A stretch of DNA of 60,685 bases from Candidatus Babeliales bacterium (GCA_016929235.1 JAFGJD010000005.1:156168-216852), one strand, 5' to 3'. Counted from the first letter of the stretch, positions 39,034 through 49,775 are shown. Made by a program: numbers and translations. Notes: generated from the sequence alone by a model not told the origin.

Positions 39034-40269
39034 TTATACATTTACCATATTATTAAATAGCTTCATTAAGACATCATTTTGAACTTCTAGATTATGAAAT
39101 GTATGAATACATTCTTTATTAGAAGTTGCAATACTTCTTGCCGTAGAAGAATCCTGTAGAAACCCCGATATCTTCTCCGCCAATGCATCAGAGTTCCTTT
39201 GCGGCACCAGGCACTCCGTATTTTCACGAACTAGCTCAGGAATCCCGCCCACCTGCGTACTCACAAGAGGTATTTCCATTGCCATCGCTTCCATAAGTGA
39301 AAGAGGTGTTCCCTCCTCATCCCCATTTGGAACAATGACACTAGGCAATAGAAAAAGATCAGCTTTACTTAAAAATTCAAAAACTTCCTGTTGTATTTTT
39401 GGCCCAACAAATGTTACATCATTCGAAAGATTTAACTCTCGCACACGCTGTTCCAATTTTTTTCTAAGTGGCCCATCGCCAACAAGATAATAATGTATGT
39501 GATGAAACTTCTTCAGCTTTTGCACCGCCTCAATCGCATATACATGGCCCTTTTCTTCAGATAATCTCCCAACCGAAACAAGCACTTTATGCTTCCCCCT
39601 GCTATCGTCCTGCTTGACTCGTTTTTGAAATACAGAAAGATCAATACCGAGATAGTGCACTATGATTTTTTGCTCATCGCAACCGATTGAGATTAATTTA
39701 TTTTTAAAGTGCTCACTCAGCGGTAGAAAAATATCACCATGCTCAAACAATGTATTGTAAAAAGTGTCTCCATATACCTTCAAACATTTTGTCATATCAT
39801 ATCCGAAGAACGTGGTTGCAATCTTACCTTTTAGAAGCCCCATACTTCTAAAAAGAACCGCCTTTTGCCCATTTGTCCCATACATACTATATAAAATGTC
39901 ATACTCACGCCTTCCATAAAATGCAGCAATCTCACTAAGCATCCATCCTACGGAATAATCTTGTATAGACAAAAATTTCACACCCAACTTCTTCGCATGA
40001 AGTGCGCGCAACGCGAGAACGGGATGCCGCAGAGAAACACGAATATAAAATGCAATCCGTTGCACAAATGAAGAAGGGATACTACAGCGAAAGAATGTTT
40101 TTTCAAGAAGCTTATACCGACCAACTGCTTCATGAATTACTACATCACTATTCCGCTGAAGCGCATAAATTTCCACATCATTGCCACGATCAATCATGCC
40201 TGTAATTTGGTCAAGAATAAAAGTTTCGCTCAATGATGGAAACTGGTTAACTATAAACAATATTTTCAT
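39034..40269 (-). CDS. GT4 glycosyltransferase (WcaL-like)
   Basis: FPSLSETFI, SVGRLSEEKG and EGTPLSLMEAMA. Confidence 0.9.
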   Translation of the reverse strand: MKILFIVNQFPSLSETFILDQITGMIDRGNDVEIYALQRNSDVVIHEAVGRYKLLEKTFFRCSIPSSFVQRIAFYIRVSLRHPVLALRALHAKKLGVKFLSIQDYSVGWMLSEIAAFYGRREYDILYSMYGTNGQKAVLFRSMGLLKGKIATTFFGYDMTKCLKVYGDTFYNTLFEHGDIFLPLSEHFKNKLISIGCDEQKIIVHYLGIDLSVFQKRVKQDDSRGKHKVLVSVGRLSEEKGHVYAIEAVQKLKKFHHIHYYLVGDGPLRKKLEQRVRELNLSNDVTFVGPKIQQEVFEFLSKADLFLLPSVIVPNGDEEGTPLSLMEAMAMEIPLVSTQVGGIPELVRENTECLVPQRNSDALAEKISGFLQDSSTARSIATSNKECIHTFHNLEVQNDVLMKLFNNMVNV

Positions 40270-40272
40270 ATC

Positions 40273-41313
40273 TTAAGGTTGAATTACTTTTAAGTCTCCG
40301 AATAAATCTGCGAAAATGGGCTCTTGTTTGATTCTACCCATGAGGTCCTGAAGCTGCTGTATTGAGAGCCATTCCATATTCTTGCTGCTTGTATATTCAA
40401 AATCACCGTCTACTTGCCGTCCTCCAATGTACACATAGGAAGCTAGATCAAGCTCGGCTGATGGCTTAATAAGAAAATAATCTTCAAATTCAAGAATCTG
40501 TTGTACCTCTTCTCCAACAATCATTGCTTCATCTATCCGCTCTCCTGGCCGCATACCTATTTCATAAAGTGATGCGTCCTCGCATATGGCATGTGCAAGA
40601 TCAATAATTCTCATAGATGGAGCTTTTTTCACAAAAAGCTCTCCTCCATGCATAATATCTATTGTCTTTAAAATCATCTTGATCGCCTCCGCCTCTTCCA
40701 AACAAAAGCGAGTCATTCGAACATCGGTGATTGGAAGTTTTTTTATTCCTTGATCGATAAGACCCCTAAAATAGGGAATCACTGAGCCTCGGCTACCTGC
40801 AATATTCCCAAAGCGCACAACAGAAAACGCCGTACCATACGCACACGAGTAACTATTTGCATTTATGAAAAGCTTATCTGAGCATAGTTTTGTAGCTCCG
40901 TATAAATTAATCGGCGCACAAGCTTTGTCAGTACTCAAGACAACAACTTTTTTCACATTCTGCTCGATTGAAGCTTGAATAAGATTTTGCGCTCCAAGAA
41001 CATTTGTTTTGATTGCTTCATATGGATTTAATTCGCATGTAGAAACATGTTTTAACGCCGCAGTATGAACAACAATATCCACACCACGAAGTGCATTCAT
41101 AAGAGTCGCCTGATCACGAACATCTCCGATCATAAATAAAAGCCGTTTATCTCCTTTGAAAGGCATTTGTTGCGACATAATAAACTGCTTATATTCATCT
41201 CGTGAAAATACGATTACCCGTTTAGGTTCATATCTCTTAAGAATTTCAGATGTTACAGCTTTTCCAAGCGTTCCAGTTCCACCTGTAATCAAAATCGTTT
41301 TATCTTTAATCAC
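40273..41313 (-). CDS. pseB: UDP-N-acetylglucosamine 4,6-dehydratase (PseB/FlaA1 family)
   Basis: ITGGTGTLG, FSRDEYKQ, LSTDKA, NLYGATK, GSRGSVIP and LPITDVRMTRF. Confidence 0.9.
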   Translation of the reverse strand: MIKDKTILITGGTGTLGKAVTSEILKRYEPKRVIVFSRDEYKQFIMSQQMPFKGDKRLLFMIGDVRDQATLMNALRGVDIVVHTAALKHVSTCELNPYEAIKTNVLGAQNLIQASIEQNVKKVVVLSTDKACAPINLYGATKLCSDKLFINANSYSCAYGTAFSVVRFGNIAGSRGSVIPYFRGLIDQGIKKLPITDVRMTRFCLEEAEAIKMILKTIDIMHGGELFVKKAPSMRIIDLAHAICEDASLYEIGMRPGERIDEAMIVGEEVQQILEFEDYFLIKPSAELDLASYVYIGGRQVDGDFEYTSSKNMEWLSIQQLQDLMGRIKQEPIFADLFGDLKVIQP

Positions 41314-41586
41314 ATTCTTCCTCTCTTTTTACATCTCGCGGTAGAGAATTTTCAGCTCTGATTGATCCGAGCGCTAATGCATAAACTATGTCACAACAAG
41401 AAAACACCGATAGCCACTGAACCCTAGAAGGGCACCCCACTTAACCGAACCAAAATACCGTTCTACAACGACACCTGCTAGCAACCATACGTATATCCAT
41501 GGACACGACCACTATTGCAAAGTATCATCTGGACAGAGGTAGTGTAATTCTTAAAATTTATAACTCAAATAAACGATCAATCTTTT

Positions 41587-42477
41587 ATGCAACCAAATCT
41601 CTTCCCAACGCCCCTTCTCAAACAGTTTTATGCCAACAAAATGATCCTTATCACCGGTGGGAAAGGACATATCGCCACTCATTTACACAATGCGTTAACT
41701 GCTCTTAATGCATACGTCACATTACTTGATATCGCAGAAGAGCCGTCACCAACTTCGGATAGGTATATTTCTGGTTCTATAACAGAATTACCCGTATGCC
41801 TAGACGCAACACAAGACATTGATATTGTATTTCATACAGCCGCAATTACTCGAGGGCCTTATAGTCATATTTACAAAACAAACGTAACGGGAACCATCAA
41901 TTTACTCGAGGCATGCAAAATAAATAAAGTAGGCACTCTTGTTTTCTCGTCATCGGCTGCTGTGTATGGAGAACAAAAAACCGCTTGCCGCGAAAATTTC
42001 GCATGCGAGCCTATTTCTTTATATGGAGCAAGCAAACTCGCAGCTGAAAATTATTGTCAATTGTATAGTACGATCTGCCAATTAAGGATCATATGTCTTC
42101 GCTACTTTAATGTATATCATGAAACGTTCGGGCTTTTACACACCCTTTCATCATATATGAAACAAAACCGTCCTATAGATATTTTCGGAAATGGAACTCA
42201 AGTTCGTGACTTTGTACATGTTGATCAGGTGGTACTTACTAGCCTTCTTCTCCTACTCGCAAATACGCCTAAGTGCGCCACATATAATGTTGGAAGTGGG
42301 CAAGCAACGCCCTTGCTTCAAATAGTCGATAAATTGAAATCAACGTTCCCCAATTCCAAATCCATAATACGCTTTCACCCAAAGCGAGAGTGCGACATTT
42401 ATCACTCAGTTGCTGATTGTTCCAAACTAGATCATACCTTGGATAGCTTACTTAATTCCGTTGTACAAAATCAATAA
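41587..42477 (+). CDS. NAD-dependent epimerase/dehydratase
   Basis: ITGGKGHIA, SSSAAVYG, YGASK, LRYFNVY and RDFVHV. Confidence 0.88.
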   Translation: MQPNLFPTPLLKQFYANKMILITGGKGHIATHLHNALTALNAYVTLLDIAEEPSPTSDRYISGSITELPVCLDATQDIDIVFHTAAITRGPYSHIYKTNVTGTINLLEACKINKVGTLVFSSSAAVYGEQKTACRENFACEPISLYGASKLAAENYCQLYSTICQLRIICLRYFNVYHETFGLLHTLSSYMKQNRPIDIFGNGTQVRDFVHVDQVVLTSLLLLLANTPKCATYNVGSGQATPLLQIVDKLKSTFPNSKSIIRFHPKRECDIYHSVADCSKLDHTLDSLLNSVVQNQ

Positions 42478-43654
42478 TCCGGCCTACATGACCTATCCAC
42501 GTATAGCCATTCACAACCCGATTTCGTGCACTTTTCCCCATTTGAACGTAGTCTGAAAATGCTACATCACTCAAGGCTCTAGCCGCTTTAACAAATTCAT
42601 CAGCCATATCATATCGCACAACAAATCCACAAGGCTGCGGCCCATCCACTACCTGTGCTATTTGCTCAAGATTGGAAACAATAACAGGCTTTTCCATACT
42701 CATGTATTCAAAAAGTTTTATAGGTGAACAATAATACTTTTTGCGCACATCTGACTGCGCAGGCAAAAGACACACATCACTGGCCGCAATATATGCTCTC
42801 ACATTAGGATATGTAACATTTCCGGTAAAAGTTACTGAACCACAAAGGCCACGGTCCGCCATCGTCCGTTCAAGATTTTGACGAAATTCCCCATCCCCTA
42901 TAAACAAAAAATGCGCTCGTTTATTTTCACGAACCACTTCAGGCACCATACGTTCCAGTATATTAATCCCATGCCATCGAGAAAATGATCCGACAAAACA
43001 AAAGACAAATTTCCCCTCAATATTAAGATTTCGTCGCATTTTATTGCGCATATCCTCACAATTTTTTGGATCAAATTCATCAGTATCAACGCCGTTTGGG
43101 TTCATAAGAATTTTGCATCCATCAATACCAACCTGAAGCAACTCATCCTTTAATACATCAGATACAACAATAATATGATCCGCAGATTTTAAGTTTATAC
43201 GCTCAACAAAACTTGCCAGCCATCCAAATTTGATCTCCCCTTTAGGTCGCAATTCTTTATCAATCCAAGCTTCTGAGCCGTTATACTCCATGATGATGGG
43301 GATATTAAATATCCACTTCAATACCACCGCCGTTAGATCCATAAATGCATACCGATAATAGATATAATCGAAGGCTTCTTTTTGAATCACTTTTCGTAAT
43401 TGCCATGGGTACCAAAGACTTCCCAAAAAACACGTAATTCTCCAGAGAAATCTGGGGAAAATCGGCGGACGCTTCAATCGTATCAGTTTAACCGAGGCAT
43501 CAAACGATAAATGCTTAAATGGGAATGGTAACGCTGCAGTAACAATAACGTCTCTCCGAGCTAATGCATTGATAACACCAGTCATATGCACCATTGATCC
43601 GCCGTAAAGTGGAACATCGGAATAATCTGATCTCAAATACAGGATTCTTTTCAT
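42452..43654 (-). CDS. GT4 glycosyltransferase
   Basis: NPNGVD, FVGSFSRWHG and SPIKLFEYMS. Confidence 0.9.
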   Translation of the reverse strand: MKRILYLRSDYSDVPLYGGSMVHMTGVINALARRDVIVTAALPFPFKHLSFDASVKLIRLKRPPIFPRFLWRITCFLGSLWYPWQLRKVIQKEAFDYIYYRYAFMDLTAVVLKWIFNIPIIMEYNGSEAWIDKELRPKGEIKFGWLASFVERINLKSADHIIVVSDVLKDELLQVGIDGCKILMNPNGVDTDEFDPKNCEDMRNKMRRNLNIEGKFVFCFVGSFSRWHGINILERMVPEVVRENKRAHFLFIGDGEFRQNLERTMADRGLCGSVTFTGNVTYPNVRAYIAASDVCLLPAQSDVRKKYYCSPIKLFEYMSMEKPVIVSNLEQIAQVVDGPQPCGFVVRYDMADEFVKAARALSDVAFSDYVQMGKSARNRVVNGYTWIGHVGRIIDFVQRN

Positions 43655-43665
43655 CTCAAAGTCTA

Positions 43666-44487
43666 CTATTTTCTCAGCGACATTTTGTCCTGGAATCCTT
43701 CATGATATCTGGCTAACCATGCCTGAAATCGAGCAGAATTGCCATCATTGTGTTCCACATTATTAACAACAAATTTTACGAATGGATCAAAAAAAGAATC
43801 CCTTAATATCTCGCCTTGCCCCACGTGCATGTACAATGATAGGGCAAGCCCAGCAAGCCGCTCACTGTTAGATGCTATTATTCGTTCTTCCCTGTTAATT
43901 CGCACAAAATCTAACCGCTCCAGTAATTCCATTTCGCGCATATTTAAGGGCCGCGACTGCCAACCTTCATCTTCTATCCCATGCAACAAGAGCTCCACAA
44001 GGCTATCCTTATCATGAACAGAAGCCAATGTCCTTATTGCTTTATCCATTATGTGCCTGTGCCGTCTAAAATTAGTTGCACCCTGCCTCATGGCTCTTGG
44101 AACACGCGACAAACTTGCCGATGAATCTGCCGCAACGTGCAGTGCTTCACAATAGGAAACATCACGCGCCGAACGAGGCAACTCATGTAATGCTAAAATG
44201 TATCTTATCTCATCTTGTCTCAATCTTCCCGGTTCAATATCAAGACACTCTGCACGATATACCTGTTCGAGCATATCACCCCATGCATCCAGCCTATTAT
44301 CATCTATCATTTGTTGGGCTACTGGATGATCTTGTTCTATCGCACCGGTTAGATTACGTTGCTCTGCGTGTACGCCGGATAATAACAACAACCAACCGAA
44401 ACAACACGCCGTCAACCACTTAGGGAGAGCATAGCTAGAACTAGAATAAACAATTGCCAACAAACCTATAGCCCACCTTTTCTTCAT
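43666..44487 (-). CDS. Exported protein, tandem-signal-peptide family member 2
   Basis: Two consecutive leaders (SSSYA / SGVHA); YRAEC, YCEALH and LLERLDFV. Confidence 0.75.
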   Translation of the reverse strand: MKKRWAIGLLAIVYSSSSYALPKWLTACCFGWLLLLSGVHAEQRNLTGAIEQDHPVAQQMIDDNRLDAWGDMLEQVYRAECLDIEPGRLRQDEIRYILALHELPRSARDVSYCEALHVAADSSASLSRVPRAMRQGATNFRRHRHIMDKAIRTLASVHDKDSLVELLLHGIEDEGWQSRPLNMREMELLERLDFVRINREERIIASNSERLAGLALSLYMHVGQGEILRDSFFDPFVKFVVNNVEHNDGNSARFQAWLARYHEGFQDKMSLRK

Positions 44488-44520
44488 ACAACGATCCTAT
44501 GAATTACAGTATTGTCACTT

Positions 44521-45219
44521 TCATAACTCCGCAAGCTGCCGCCCATACCCTTCATCCCATACTGCGCGCTCACGCATCATATCGACCAGCGCACCAATGA
44601 GCGTTGGATTTGATTGTTTACCTCGTAAGCATCGTACAAGATGCTCTCTCAAACCACCGAACCGACCATCATCGAATCGATCATTTCTTTCACTGATGAA
44701 GCCAGTTGCACGCAGTATACTGACATCTTCATCAGCTAGCTCCTTTGGATCTAATTTTCCCTGCATTCCCCGTAACAACAATAAAGCCACACGATCCTGA
44801 GGCAACCGTTCTAAAGCCTCACGGTACGCTATTTTTTTAACACAAGTCTCATGATGTTTAACCATCTGCACGACTCTTTCGATGTTTTCACTCCCCTCAT
44901 ACCATCCTGGCATGCCTTCATATGCAACATGAAGCGCTTCACAGACATCCATCTCAGCCCCTATTTCAGCAAGATCAAGCGCACGTATTGATGCTTGTAC
45001 TAATGCCGGAGAAACAGAGACATTTTCGGTCACAGGAAAACAATATCCGTGATACAGCGTCACGGCATGCTTTTCTAGCATAGCCTGCTGTGCCTGTGGA
45101 CTACCTATTGCTAATAATCCACATAATAATGCCGAAGCATATGCCCATAGGCCCGCTGAGGCGCTATGAGGACAACATGCCGCTATCACCACTACTATCC
45201 CATACAGTCGCTTCGTCAT
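44521..45219 (-). CDS. Exported protein, tandem-signal-peptide family member 3
   Basis: GGAGG RBS; two leaders (SASA / SPQA); YHGYC, EMDVCEALH and ILRATGFI. Confidence 0.75.
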   Translation of the reverse strand: MTKRLYGIVVVIAACCPHSASAGLWAYASALLCGLLAIGSPQAQQAMLEKHAVTLYHGYCFPVTENVSVSPALVQASIRALDLAEIGAEMDVCEALHVAYEGMPGWYEGSENIERVVQMVKHHETCVKKIAYREALERLPQDRVALLLLRGMQGKLDPKELADEDVSILRATGFISERNDRFDDGRFGGLREHLVRCLRGKQSNPTLIGALVDMMRERAVWDEGYGRQLAEL

Positions 45220-45236
45220 GGTTCAGTCCTCCAGTG

Positions 45237-46070
45237 TTATGAATGCGTTTTTTCCTCGCTCATTACATAATTCCTTAGAGCATCAAGCCTGTCACTATTT
45301 GCTCCAGATCGAGATTGTGTTAGTACCATCTCAATCAGCGGCGCCATACAACCCGTCTGCTCAGTTCGCTTACCACACAACACCTCTTTGAAGTTTTTCT
45401 TTAAAACTTCAAAACGTTCTGTAAATACAGGAACCCCATGCTCAGGAGTTCGCACAACTAAACCAAGACGCTCCAACGTTTGCTCATCTCTATCCGACCA
45501 GTCAGAAAATTTTCCTTCAACGTCATCCAAAAACAGGCGCAGAAGTACTCCAGAAATATGCTGAGAATCTCTATATGAAACCTCACTTCCGAACCCCTGA
45601 TAATCCGCTCTCTTAAGCAGCCATCTACGCAAAGTCCACGCATCAGTTGCAACCTTACCACTAAACTGCCTTTCTCGCATTACTGTAGATTTCGCCGTAT
45701 CAAGCCGCATCGCCTCACTAAGCTGCTGACAATACCATGCTCGCTCACCATAAGGGTTTTCGGGTTCTACAAGTGATACATCATACGCAGGGATCTCATT
45801 ACCTCTGCATAAGCGCATATACTCATCGTATGTTCTCTCGCCAATCTCAAGCGATGCCCTATCCATTTCCATCTCCCTTGCCATTATTCCTGAAATTTCG
45901 ACAGGAAATTTAGAAGGAAACATGGGGCGAGTTTTTGATAAACCCGCTCCACTACCAAGACTTAATAAGAGTACATGGAAACATGCCATGACCTTCGTCA
46001 AAAAATGGCCAGCTGATGCTGAGCGCACGACGAAAAGACCGGTCATCATAACGAGATATTTAATTTTCAT
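45237..46070 (-). CDS. Exported protein, tandem-signal-peptide family member 4
   Basis: Two leaders (SASA / GSGA); YMRLC, WYCQQL and TLERLGLV. Confidence 0.7.
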   Translation of the reverse strand: MKIKYLVMMTGLFVVRSASAGHFLTKVMACFHVLLLSLGSGAGLSKTRPMFPSKFPVEISGIMAREMEMDRASLEIGERTYDEYMRLCRGNEIPAYDVSLVEPENPYGERAWYCQQLSEAMRLDTAKSTVMRERQFSGKVATDAWTLRRWLLKRADYQGFGSEVSYRDSQHISGVLLRLFLDDVEGKFSDWSDRDEQTLERLGLVVRTPEHGVPVFTERFEVLKKNFKEVLCGKRTEQTGCMAPLIEMVLTQSRSGANSDRLDALRNYVMSEEKTHS

Positions 46071-46084
46071 TGAGACACCCTTTT

Positions 46085-48688
46085 TCATAACTTCAACGTA
46101 GATTTAAAATTCCATAACACATCGAACGCCTGCTTTGGCGACAGCTGATCATAATCTAATTGCTCCAATCGCGCGAGCAATTCTTTTTTATGCGAAAGCT
46201 CCTGCTGCAGAGAATGGACCAATATCTCTAAATGGCGAATCGTATCACTATGCACCTGCGCACCAGAACCAACATTCCCTTGCTTCATCGCATCAACTAA
46301 AACCGTTGCACGTATGATAACTTCGTCAGGCAACTGTGCAAGCTTGGCAACTTCAATACCAAAACTTCTATCAGCTACGCCCTGCAGCATCTTATAGAGA
46401 AACACAATACCAGAGTCTGAACGCTTACTTGCAGCATAATAACTGACAATACCAGGCAATTCATACTGCAACGAGGTAAGCTCATGATAATGGGTCGCAA
46501 ACAAACATCGCGCCTTAACCCGCTGTACGAGATACTCAACAATTGCATGCGCTAATGCCAGCCCATCAAACGTGCTTGTACCACGACCAACTTCATCTAA
46601 AATTACCAAACTGCGTTCTGTTGCCTGTGAACAAATAAGCGCCGTTTCTTCCATCTCAATTAAAAAGGTACTTTTACCTTCGGCTAAATTGTCTCCAGCA
46701 CCAATGCGCGTAAAAATGCGATCAAGCAACGGTAACGAAGCCTTACGTGCCGGTACAAACGCCCCACACTGTGCCATTAAACAAATCAATGCAACCTGAC
46801 GTAAATACGTAGACTTTCCACCCATGTTTGGACCGGTTATGATCCAAAATGATGACGTGTCAGTAAGTTGTGTATCATTCGTAATAAACTGATGGCCAAG
46901 CGACGAAGCAATAACCGGATGCTTACCATGCTCAATCTCTATATCATTGCCATCATGCATCTGGGGACGGGTATACCCATGCTCCTGAGCAACGCGCGCA
47001 AAACTCAAAATCGCATCACCGTGAGCTAAAGCATATGCCGCCTGACGCAACATAGTAATATGGCGACTCACTTCTTGTTTGACTGTCAAAAATACTTCTT
47101 GCTCTACTGATGAAAGCTCGTTATTGGCCGTCACAATCTCACCCTGTAATACACGAAGTTCTGGCGTCATGAACCGCTCCTTACCAACCAGCGTTTGCTG
47201 GCGAACATACCGCTCAGGAACTAAGTGTAGGTTTGGCTTGGTCACTTCGATATAATAACCATGCACCTGATTGTAACGAACCTTAAGCGATGCAATTCCG
47301 GTTAATGCTTGTTCACGTTTTTCTAGTTCAAGAATCTTAGTAGTACTGGACTGGGCAATCTCGCGCAATTGGTCTAAGCGCCCATTGAATCCTTGTTTGA
47401 TAACACAATCGAGTGATGTGTCATCATTAATTGCTGCATGCAAAAGATCATATAATGTTGTAGATGTATCGACCTGCGGCATGCGAATTTGTGATGAAAG
47501 CATCTGTAATAACACACTCTCCATACCAGATAATGATTGTTGAATCTCGGGGAAAAACTCCAGTGATTGCTTAAGCGCTAGATAATCATGTACAGTAGCG
47601 CGATTAAGAGCAATGCGACCAATCACCCGCTCTAGATCGCCAACAGACCGCAATGCCTTGGTCAATTGCGTTGATATGCCATAGTTGTGTATCAACGAGC
47701 TAACCGCATCATGCCGCTGCTCCAGTGACTGCTTGTGCAATAAAGGACGCACAAGCCATTTTTTTATCATACGCGAACCCATCGCCGTAATCGCACGATC
47801 AAGGTGCGCGCACAATGTATGAGCACGACCACCGTCTTGGTTATTTTGAAGCACTTCTAAATTGCGTAATGTAGCTGGATCTAGCAAAAGAAAATCTTCT
47901 GGTTTGTAGATATGTAATGCCTTGAGCTGTTCAAGCGTTTGATGATGGTGCTTTTTCAGGTACGCGTAGAGCAAGGACAATGAAGAACGAAGTGCTGCAT
48001 GTTCGTATAGTGTAGAGACTTTTTCTCGCGCAAACTGTCGCGATATCCATCCGCGAACCGTCTCGAACGGTTCACACTCAGCAGCAACGACAGCCGTTAC
48101 AAAGTACCCTGATTTTTGAAACCAGGTACGAAGTTCACGAGCATTCGTATCCTCCGAAACAATCACCTCATCAGGAAAGAACCGCGCAACTTCTGATTCT
48201 AATGTTTTACTATCACCATAAGACACGGTTGTCGCATACACTTGTGCCGTCAGTATCTCAACACAGATCAGCCCCCAGGTACCACCTTCAACTGTACATA
48301 CCATGAGATATGATGCGGATTTTTCATCAAGCATGCGGGTATCAGTCAACGTACCCGGCGTTAGGACGCGCGTAACACCACGTTTCACGACCTTGCCAGG
48401 AATGGCCTCTTCAAGCTGATCACATACCGCCACTTTGTATCCACCTTTAATAAGTTTCACAAGATAATGATCAAGCGCATGCACAGGAACACCGCATAGA
48501 GGAATAGGCTCCCCTTTATGCGTACCACGTTTTGTTAATGCAATTCCTAAAAAAGAAGATGCCTCTCTGGCATCTTCAAAAAAGAGTTCATAAAAATCAC
48601 CAACTTGAAAAAAGAGCAAACACCCCTGGTATTGATCTCTAAGCGAAAAATATTGCTGCATCAACGGGGTGTGGTTTTTCATGGTCAT
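46085..48688 (-). CDS. mutS: DNA mismatch repair protein MutS
   Basis: TPLMQQY, GDFYELF, GPNMGGKST, DEVGRGT, FATHYHEL and SFGIEVA. Confidence 0.98.
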   Translation of the reverse strand: MTMKNHTPLMQQYFSLRDQYQGCLLFFQVGDFYELFFEDAREASSFLGIALTKRGTHKGEPIPLCGVPVHALDHYLVKLIKGGYKVAVCDQLEEAIPGKVVKRGVTRVLTPGTLTDTRMLDEKSASYLMVCTVEGGTWGLICVEILTAQVYATTVSYGDSKTLESEVARFFPDEVIVSEDTNARELRTWFQKSGYFVTAVVAAECEPFETVRGWISRQFAREKVSTLYEHAALRSSLSLLYAYLKKHHHQTLEQLKALHIYKPEDFLLLDPATLRNLEVLQNNQDGGRAHTLCAHLDRAITAMGSRMIKKWLVRPLLHKQSLEQRHDAVSSLIHNYGISTQLTKALRSVGDLERVIGRIALNRATVHDYLALKQSLEFFPEIQQSLSGMESVLLQMLSSQIRMPQVDTSTTLYDLLHAAINDDTSLDCVIKQGFNGRLDQLREIAQSSTTKILELEKREQALTGIASLKVRYNQVHGYYIEVTKPNLHLVPERYVRQQTLVGKERFMTPELRVLQGEIVTANNELSSVEQEVFLTVKQEVSRHITMLRQAAYALAHGDAILSFARVAQEHGYTRPQMHDGNDIEIEHGKHPVIASSLGHQFITNDTQLTDTSSFWIITGPNMGGKSTYLRQVALICLMAQCGAFVPARKASLPLLDRIFTRIGAGDNLAEGKSTFLIEMEETALICSQATERSLVILDEVGRGTSTFDGLALAHAIVEYLVQRVKARCLFATHYHELTSLQYELPGIVSYYAASKRSDSGIVFLYKMLQGVADRSFGIEVAKLAQLPDEVIIRATVLVDAMKQGNVGSGAQVHSDTIRHLEILVHSLQQELSHKKELLARLEQLDYDQLSPKQAFDVLWNFKSTLKL

Positions 48689-49273
48689 CTACGCAGTAAT
48701 GTCACCTTGATCCTCAGTTGATCTGTTATTGCGAACTGTTTGCACAATATCATGTCCCGTAACGATGACTGTGCGCGCGAGATCATAGACGCCGTATACA
48801 AACACCAGTAACATGCTATAAAATGCACGATTTTCTTTATCACCCAGGAAACGATAAACGAAACTACCCCATAATGTTCGATGATCTGCACTTTGACAGC
48901 CACCGTTTACGTATCCCACCGGAGCAATTAATTTTATAACGGCTAAAGAGGATCTGGTCGGACCACAAATTGCACATCTAGTCTTCTCATCAGACAAGCA
49001 CACAGACTCGTAGTAACAATTTTTCCGCATATCTGTGTATAAGCGGGCAATGTCCTCAGTGACACCACCGCCCCATACCTTCACACTAGGAGCCACTAGC
49101 GCTAGGACACCCAAACTCACTAATCCCGGCAACCAGCGCTTGAAATCTTCTTGGACAATGCCTGGTTCAGTTACCATTTCAAGAGCAACTTCACCTTTTA
49201 CCTGATCAACTGCATCTACCTGCACAATAGTGAAGAAGACCGCAAGACTTACATAAAAAGAAATACGACGCAT
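48689..49273 (-). CDS. Hypothetical exported membrane protein
   Basis: GAGGAG RBS; signal peptide, two TM segments and a Cys-rich middle. Confidence 0.7.
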   Translation of the reverse strand: MRRISFYVSLAVFFTIVQVDAVDQVKGEVALEMVTEPGIVQEDFKRWLPGLVSLGVLALVAPSVKVWGGGVTEDIARLYTDMRKNCYYESVCLSDEKTRCAICGPTRSSLAVIKLIAPVGYVNGGCQSADHRTLWGSFVYRFLGDKENRAFYSMLLVFVYGVYDLARTVIVTGHDIVQTVRNNRSTEDQGDITA

Positions 49274-49298
49274 GAATAACTCCTCATATTCTTATAAT

Positions 49299-49775
49299 TT
49301 ACGCAACATTATCAACAAGGTTTGGTTTGAGCATTGAATGCCGTGATTGGTGCATGTACGTATCATATGCCTCGCGCCATGCATCATATGTGTACTTCAC
49401 AACAAATGGAAACCCAAAAAGAGCAAAAATAATACGAGCTGTGAGCGGGATTCGTCCCTCTAATGAAATTCCCTTGGCTAGTGTTATGCGTTTTACATCC
49501 TCTTGAATAATGCGCCAAGTTTGTGCAGAAAAGGTCTCATCATCGCTCGGTCCCGGTATCACAAATTGATCGCGTGCCCACCTACATTGAAATCGCGTGT
49601 ACATGTGAAAATCGCGCCCAATCAAACCCATGATAACCGCCCAGAGTATCGCCTTGCTGTAAACATGACGTTTATTCTGCTGGATTTCTTGCTGGGTTGG
49701 CGCATGCTCAATCTCGTCAGCAGACACGCATGGCGTAACACCTAATAATACTATACCTAACCACAAAACTTTCAT
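49299..49775 (-). CDS. Hypothetical exported membrane protein
   Basis: AGGAG RBS; signal peptide plus two TM segments. Confidence 0.7.
   Translation of the reverse strand: MKVLWLGIVLLGVTPCVSADEIEHAPTQQEIQQNKRHVYSKAILWAVIMGLIGRDFHMYTRFQCRWARDQFVIPGPSDDETFSAQTWRIIQEDVKRITLAKGISLEGRIPLTARIIFALFGFPFVVKYTYDAWREAYDTYMHQSRHSMLKPNLVDNVA

Noticed and set aside
41337..41346. ops/JUMPstart-like GCGGTAG near the glycan genes
   Set aside because: Imperfect, on the strand opposite the nearby pseB operon, and without the JUMPstart context.
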